DNA of 64,000 nucleotides. It comes from an uncultured Thermoleophilaceae bacterium. Its GTDB lineage: Bacteria; Actinomycetota; Thermoleophilia; Solirubrobacterales; Thermoleophilaceae. Below are positions 59,914 to 64,000 of this stretch, in pieces (position 1 is the first letter of the stretch; each line of letters begins with the position of its first letter). A model generated the notes under the pieces. It ran no database searches. It was not told the DNA's origin and was given only the letters and a program-made list of their open reading frames with translations. The stretch lies in contig CAWDJP010000007.1 of NCBI GenBank assembly GCA_963802855.1, forward strand, positions 96,035 to 160,034, written 5' to 3'. A program made the position numbers and the translations under genes.

Positions 59914-60891
59914 TCAGCCGTCGACCTGGACGGCGGCGGCGCCCAGCACTTCGAGAGTCACCTCGTTCGCCAGCCTTGCAGCCTCCCGCGGGTCGAGCAC
60001 GCCGGCACCGAAGTGCTGGGTGGACTCGGCGCCGCATGCGACGCCGAAGCGCAGGCACTCGACGTCCTCCCGACCGTCGTAGCGGGCGGCCACATACCCG
60101 GCGAGGAAGGCATCGCCCGAGCCCACGGACGACACCGGCTCGAGCGGGTCGAGCGTGGCGCGGCAAACACGTTGGGGCCGCGTCGGGTCGGTGTCGGCGC
60201 CGAGGAGCGCCATGCAGCCGTCCGGCATGGTCATGATCGCCTCGCGCGCGCCCATCTCGACCATCTCGCGCACCGCGGTGCCACGATCGTCGCCGTCGGA
60301 GAACTCGTGTCCGACCAGCTCCTCGGCCTCGAGCTCGTTCGGCGTGACGACGTCTGGACACGCGCGGGTGGCCAGCCGCATCGGCTCGCCCTCGGAGTCG
60401 AGCACGGTCGTGACGCCCAGGCGGCGGAGCTCCTCGACGAGCCGCGCGTAGAGGTCCGAGTCGACGCCGCGCGGCAGGCTGCCGGAGAACACGCACATCG
60501 CGGCCCCCTGGGCCAGGTAGAGAAGCTTGTCGACGAACAGCTCCAACTCGCGCTCCGAGACCGCCGGGCCGCGCTCGTTGATCTCCGTCTGCTCGCCCGA
60601 GGTCGGATCCACGACCGCCGTCGACATGCGCGACTCCTCCCGGATGCGCACGAAGTCGTTGAGGATCGCCTCTTCGGTGAGCTGCTCGATGATGCGGGTG
60701 CCCGTGGGGCCGCCGGCCACGCCCGTGGCGATGACCGGCTGGCCGAGCGCCTTCAGCGCGCGCGCGACGTTCACGCCCTTGCCGCCCGCCATCGACGTCT
60801 GCTCGACCGCACGGTGACGGCGGCCGAGCTGGAAGTTCGGAACCGCGAGCGTCTTGTCGATCGCCGCGTTGAGAGTGACTGTGATGATCAT
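59914..60891 (-). CDS. pfkB: 1-phosphofructokinase-family hexose kinase (PfkB family)
   Basis: 325-aa ORF: MIITVTLNAAIDKT, GGKGVNVARAL, VSSVGSGDAFLAG. Confidence 0.85.
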   Translation of the reverse strand: MIITVTLNAAIDKTLAVPNFQLGRRHRAVEQTSMAGGKGVNVARALKALGQPVIATGVAGGPTGTRIIEQLTEEAILNDFVRIREESRMSTAVVDPTSGEQTEINERGPAVSERELELFVDKLLYLAQGAAMCVFSGSLPRGVDSDLYARLVEELRRLGVTTVLDSEGEPMRLATRACPDVVTPNELEAEELVGHEFSDGDDRGTAVREMVEMGAREAIMTMPDGCMALLGADTDPTRPQRVCRATLDPLEPVSSVGSGDAFLAGYVAARYDGREDVECLRFGVACGAESTQHFGAGVLDPREAARLANEVTLEVLGAAAVQVDG

Positions 60892-60916
60892 TCCGTGAGC
60901 AGGCTAGCCGTGTCGC

Positions 60917-62179
60917 TCAGCTGCCAGCCTGCGCACGTGTGCGGGCTCGGCGCCGGGCGGCTAGCTCCCGTTCCCGGCGCCGGGATCTGATGCGAGTCAA
61001 ACCCGTGGCAGCCACCGCCAGGATGACGCCGATCAGCACCAGGGTCAAGAAGGTTCCTAGCTCGTCGACGATCACGCGCAGCGGCCCGGCGCCCGGCACC
61101 TCCGCCGCGGTCACGAGCGGCACCCTCCGTCACGACCTTGCCGTCGCGCAGCACGGCAACCGTCCCCACCCGCTCGCCGGCAGCCAGCTCGCCCTCGAGC
61201 TCCTCCGGCGCGTCGACGCGCGTGGTCACCCGCTCGCCCCTGCGCACCACCAGCAGCGCGTCCCGCCCGGGCACGAGCTGCGCGCCGCTCGTCGCGGTGC
61301 GCGATCGCGGCGCTCGCCACCGGGCGGTCGGCGTCGAGCACCTTCACCCGTCGGAACTGAGCCAGCCCGTAGCGCAGCAGCGCGACCGAGTCGGCGTCCC
61401 GCGCCGCCTCTGCCGGCTCGCCCAGCACGACGCTGATCACCCGCGCGCCGAGCCGGCCGGTGGCGGAGCCGACCAGCACGTAGCCCGCGTCGCGGGTGTG
61501 GCCGGTCTTCACGCCGTCCACGACCGGCAACGCGGCCGACGAGGTCGTTGCGGTTGCGAACCACCCTCCGCCGCGCCCCCGACTCGAGCACGGCCGACTG
61601 GCGGCTCACGATCGAGGCGAAGCGCTCGTCGCGGAGCAGCCGGCGGGCAAGGGCGGCCAGGTCGCGCGCGCTCGAGCGGTTGAGCGGGTCGTCGAGCCCG
61701 ATCGGGTTCGCGTAGCTGGTGTCTCGGAGCCCGAGCGACCCGGCGCGCTGCGTTCATCGCGGCCACGAACTTCGCGCGCGAGCCGGAGACGCCCTCGGCG
61801 ATCGTGACCGCCGCGTCGTTCGCGCTCTCGAGCAGCAGCGCCTCGAGCAGGTCGTCCACCCGCATCCGCTCGCCCTGCGCGCAGGTTGATCTTGGACTCG
61901 ACCGGGAGCGCGCTGTAGGCAGGAGCGCGAAAGACGTCGTCGGGCTCCGCGCGCTCGAGGGCGAGCAGCGCGGTCATCAGCTTGGTGGTGCTCGCGATCG
62001 CCCGGCGCTGCGCGCGGGTTCTTGGCGACGATGACCGATCCGTCGCGGGCGTCGATGAGGATCGCGGCCGCCGGCCTCGACAGCGACGGCGCGCCCGCCG
62101 GGGACTGGCCTGCCGCCGCGGTGGGCGTGGCCAGCGCGACGGCCGCGGTGGCCACCGCTACGAACGCGCGCCGAATCAC
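60917..62179 (-). pseudogene. D-alanyl-D-alanine carboxypeptidase (serine-type, PBP5/6-like), at least 6 frameshifts
   Basis: The GTG at 62179 overlaps the LysM gene stop. It has a signal peptide and the motifs ASTTKLMTALLALE (SxxK), LLESANDAAV (SxN) and VDGVKTGHT (KTG), plus a C-terminal TM anchor. The segments lie in seven successive frame blocks (ORFs 61754-62560, 61606-61977, 61509-61865, 61226-61609, 61111-61530, 60888-61274, 60917-61123). Confidence 0.8.
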
Positions 62180-62515
62180 TCGCGCAGCTTGATCTTCTGC
62201 CCGGACACGAGGGCCTGCGGATCGAGCGCCGGGTTGAGCTCCTGCAGCGTCTCGACGGGCACGCCCGTCTTCTCCGCGATGGCGCCGAGCGTGTCGCCGG
62301 TCTTCACCGTGTAGCTCGCTCTCCGCTCGGGCGACCTGGCGCTTCTCGGTCGTCGTGGTGCTGCGCCGCTCCGTGGATTCGCCTGAGTCCGACGAGCCGT
62401 CGTCCCCGCCGCCCGTGCCGGAGGCGGCTAGCACGGCCAGGAGGGCGATTGCGACCATGACCAGCGCGATCGGCGCGATCAGGCGTGCACGGCTGCGTTG
62501 TCCTTGGGGGGGCAT
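62176..62515 (-). pseudogene. LysM-domain membrane-anchored protein, one frameshift
   Basis: ATG at 62515 (MPPQGQRSRARLIAPIALVMVAIALLAVLAA). The C-terminal LysM domain YTVKTGDTLGAIAEKTGVPVETLQELNPALDPQALVSGQKIKLRE-stop is in a different frame. The shift is near 62310-62320. Confidence 0.75.
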
Positions 62516-62569
62516 CTGCCTGGATCCGGCCCCGGATGGTAGATCGGGGCAGGGGTGCAACTCAGTGCA

Positions 62570-63480
62570 CTACGAGTTCCACGCCAGTGCCCGAAGCTCC
62601 TCCGCGGCCGCCGCGGCCGCTATCGCCGGATCACCGCCGCGCTCGGCGTGCGCGTTCACGATCGAGCGCGACGCCGTCACCAGGCCGGCCGCCGGGTGGG
62701 GCTCGAAAGCGGCGCCGAGCGAGTCCGCGCTGCCGCCCTGCGCGCCCACGCCTGGCAGCAGGAAGATCGCCCGCGGCATCAGCTCGCGCAGGCGCGCGAG
62801 GCGATCCGGCCGTGTGGCGCCGGCCACCGCCCCGACCAGCGACAGGCCGCAGTCGCCCGTGTGCGCGGCGCCGATCGAGTCGACCAGCTCGGCGATCCGC
62901 TCGTGCAGCGGCGCGCCGTCCGCGTCGAGGTCCTGAAGATCGGCCGCGCCTGGATTGGAGGTGCTGACGAGCAGGAAGCATCCCGCGCCCGCCGCTGCCG
63001 CGCCGTCGACCAGCGGCTCGAGCGAGTCGCGGCCCAGCAGCGGATTGGCCGTGAAGGCATCCGCGCCAAGGCCGGGCACGTCGCCGAAGGGCCCCGGCGT
63101 GGCGCCCACGAGCGCCTGGGCGTAGGCGGCCGCCGTGACCGGGACGTCGCCGCGCTTGCCGTCGGCGATCACGAGCAGGCCGTGCTCGCGCGCGGCGTCG
63201 CTGACGGTCGGCGAGCGCCTCCCAGCCGGAGCGCCCAGGCGCTCGAAGCACGCGAGCTGGAGCTTGACTGCCACGCAGGCGGGCCCCGCCGCCTCGATCG
63301 GCAGCGCGGCAATGGCGCGACGACCGCGGCGGCGGTCGCCTCCGCGGCTGGGGCCGTGACCCTCCTCCGCCTCGAGCGCGGCCGGCCAGAGCGCGGCCGG
63401 GTCGGGGTCGAGACCGAGCACGACCCGGCTGCGGCGCGTCTCGACGAGCGCCGCGAGCCGGTCCGCGAAATGGACCCCGA
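62570..63480 (-). pseudogene. pyrF: Orotidine 5'-phosphate decarboxylase (type 2), frameshifted; start unresolved
   Basis: VIADGKRGD, LLVSTSNPGA, LPGVGAQGG. ..CFERLGAP(GWEALA)VSDAAREHG.. needs a -1/+1 pair at about 63215-63240. The conserved FADRLAALVETRRSRVVLGLDP lies upstream of the track start (63421) with no in-frame start codon. Confidence 0.75.
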
Positions 63481-63488
63481 CCGTGGGC

Positions 63489-63768
63489 CTACCCGCCCTT
63501 GACGGCCTTCTTCAATCGCCGAACCGGCGCTGAACCGCGGCACGCGGCTGGCGGCGATCTGGATCCGCTCTCCGGTCTGGGGGTTGACGCCCTGGCGGGC
63601 GCCGCGGTCGGCAACGGAGAACTTGCCGAAGCCGGTGAAGCTGATCTCCCCACCGCGCTTGAGCGTTCCCTCGATGACCGCGAGCACAGCGTCGACAGCC
63701 TTGCCGGCGTCGCCCTTCTGCAGGCCGGACTCGCTGGCCACCTGATCGACGAACTCGGACTTCGTCAC
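63489..63768 (-). pseudogene. hup: DNA-binding protein HU, one frameshift near the 3' end
   Basis: GTG at 63768 preceded by aaggagg. MTKSEFVDQVASESGLQKGDAGKAVDAVLAVIEGTLKRGGEISFTGFGKFSVADRGARQGVNPQTGERIQIAASRVPRFSAGSA is intact. The normal end LKKAVKGG-stop (63489-63491) is restored by deleting one a near 63519. Confidence 0.85.
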
Positions 63769-63887
63769 CTTCTCCTCCTTGGCAGGGATCTGGACAAGCT
63801 CCGCAACATAACCATGGATGCGGACGACGGCGGCCTGAAACGGCTCTGCAAAGCGGTTCCTCGCCGTTGAAGCCGCATTTTGCGGGC

Positions 63888-64000
63888 TTACGCGCCGGAG
63901 ACGGCCATCTCCCCGATCAGCAGTGGGGCCGCCCGCACGCTTCCGCCGAGTGGCACCCAGCGACCCTCCGAGCCCACCGCCGAGACCGCCCGGAGCATCC
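63888..64000 (-). CDS. Hypothetical protein, 3' end only (gene starts beyond the window end)
   Basis: The open frame from the window edge ends ..LRAVSAVGSEGRWVPLGGSVRAAPLLIGEMAVSGA-stop (tta at 63888-63890), with G/C-rich third positions. It is followed by the hairpin aagccgc-atttt-gcgggctt at 63870-63889. Confidence 0.35.
   Translation of the reverse strand, partial: MLRAVSAVGSEGRWVPLGGSVRAAPLLIGEMAVSGA

Noticed and set aside
63870-63889. Hairpin aagccgc-atttt-gcgggctt as a rho-independent terminator of the last (partial) gene
   Set aside because: The stem has a 1-nt bulge and overlaps the stop codon, and no U-tract follows on the transcribed strand. I note it only as a possible structure. 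The bulge could itself be another homopolymer error.

Overview
Very GC-rich chromosomal core segment (third codon positions are almost all G/C). It looks actinobacterial: OpcA, LLM/F420-type oxidoreductase, Mce proteins, GuaB3 and a ydaO-type riboswitch are present. A deep-branching Thermoleophilia/Rubrobacteria-like lineage is only a guess. Gene order: at least 5 tandem mce genes (1-6552, minus); an LLM oxidoreductase; a GH15 hydrolase; a long minus-strand sugar/pentose-phosphate operon glk-tkt-tal/pgi fusion-gnd-zwf-opcA-pgl (9.6-19.8 kb); two STAS proteins plus two DUF2294 proteins (20.2-22.1 kb); GST-like, NUDIX and a second GH15; a caa3-type cytochrome oxidase locus ctaC-ctaD-[tandem USP-like protein]-ctaE with flanking micro-ORFs (25.5-31.4 kb); IMPase, methyltransferase, a cytochrome c-cupredoxin fusion lipoprotein and a GT4 glycosyltransferase; small proteins and an APH-type kinase; then csp-infA, enoyl-CoA hydratase, HIT, M28 peptidase, corA, cca, alr, CBS, nnr, glmS, glmM, rpsI-rplM; a c-di-AMP (ydaO-type) riboswitch in front of an M23 peptidase; a methyltransferase-kinase-cupin trio; alkaline phosphatase; guaA, guaB3-like, pfkB, a D-Ala-D-Ala carboxypeptidase, a LysM protein, pyrF and hup. 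I found no rRNA/tRNA, CRISPR array, transposase/integrase, prophage or recognisable defence genes, and no convincing new multi-gene system. The most striking structure not explained by gene content is the distribution of +/-1 frameshifts. Two blocks (about 37.1-42.35 kb and 60.9-63.5 kb) carry one indel per roughly 150-260 nt and break nearly every gene. The rest of the window has only about ten isolated single-base shifts, including ones in zwf, pgl, ctaD, glmS and glmM. This is most likely sequence or assembly error at short homopolymers. Other items worth a look: the tandem USP-like protein translationally coupled inside the oxidase operon, the STAS/DUF2294 cluster, a roughly 180-aa acidic N-terminal extension on ribosomal protein S9, the riboswitch-M23 pair, the cytochrome c-cupredoxin fusion, and a tandem 14-nt repeat in the tal/pgi-gnd spacer. 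All homology calls come from reading the translations by eye; no searches were run.
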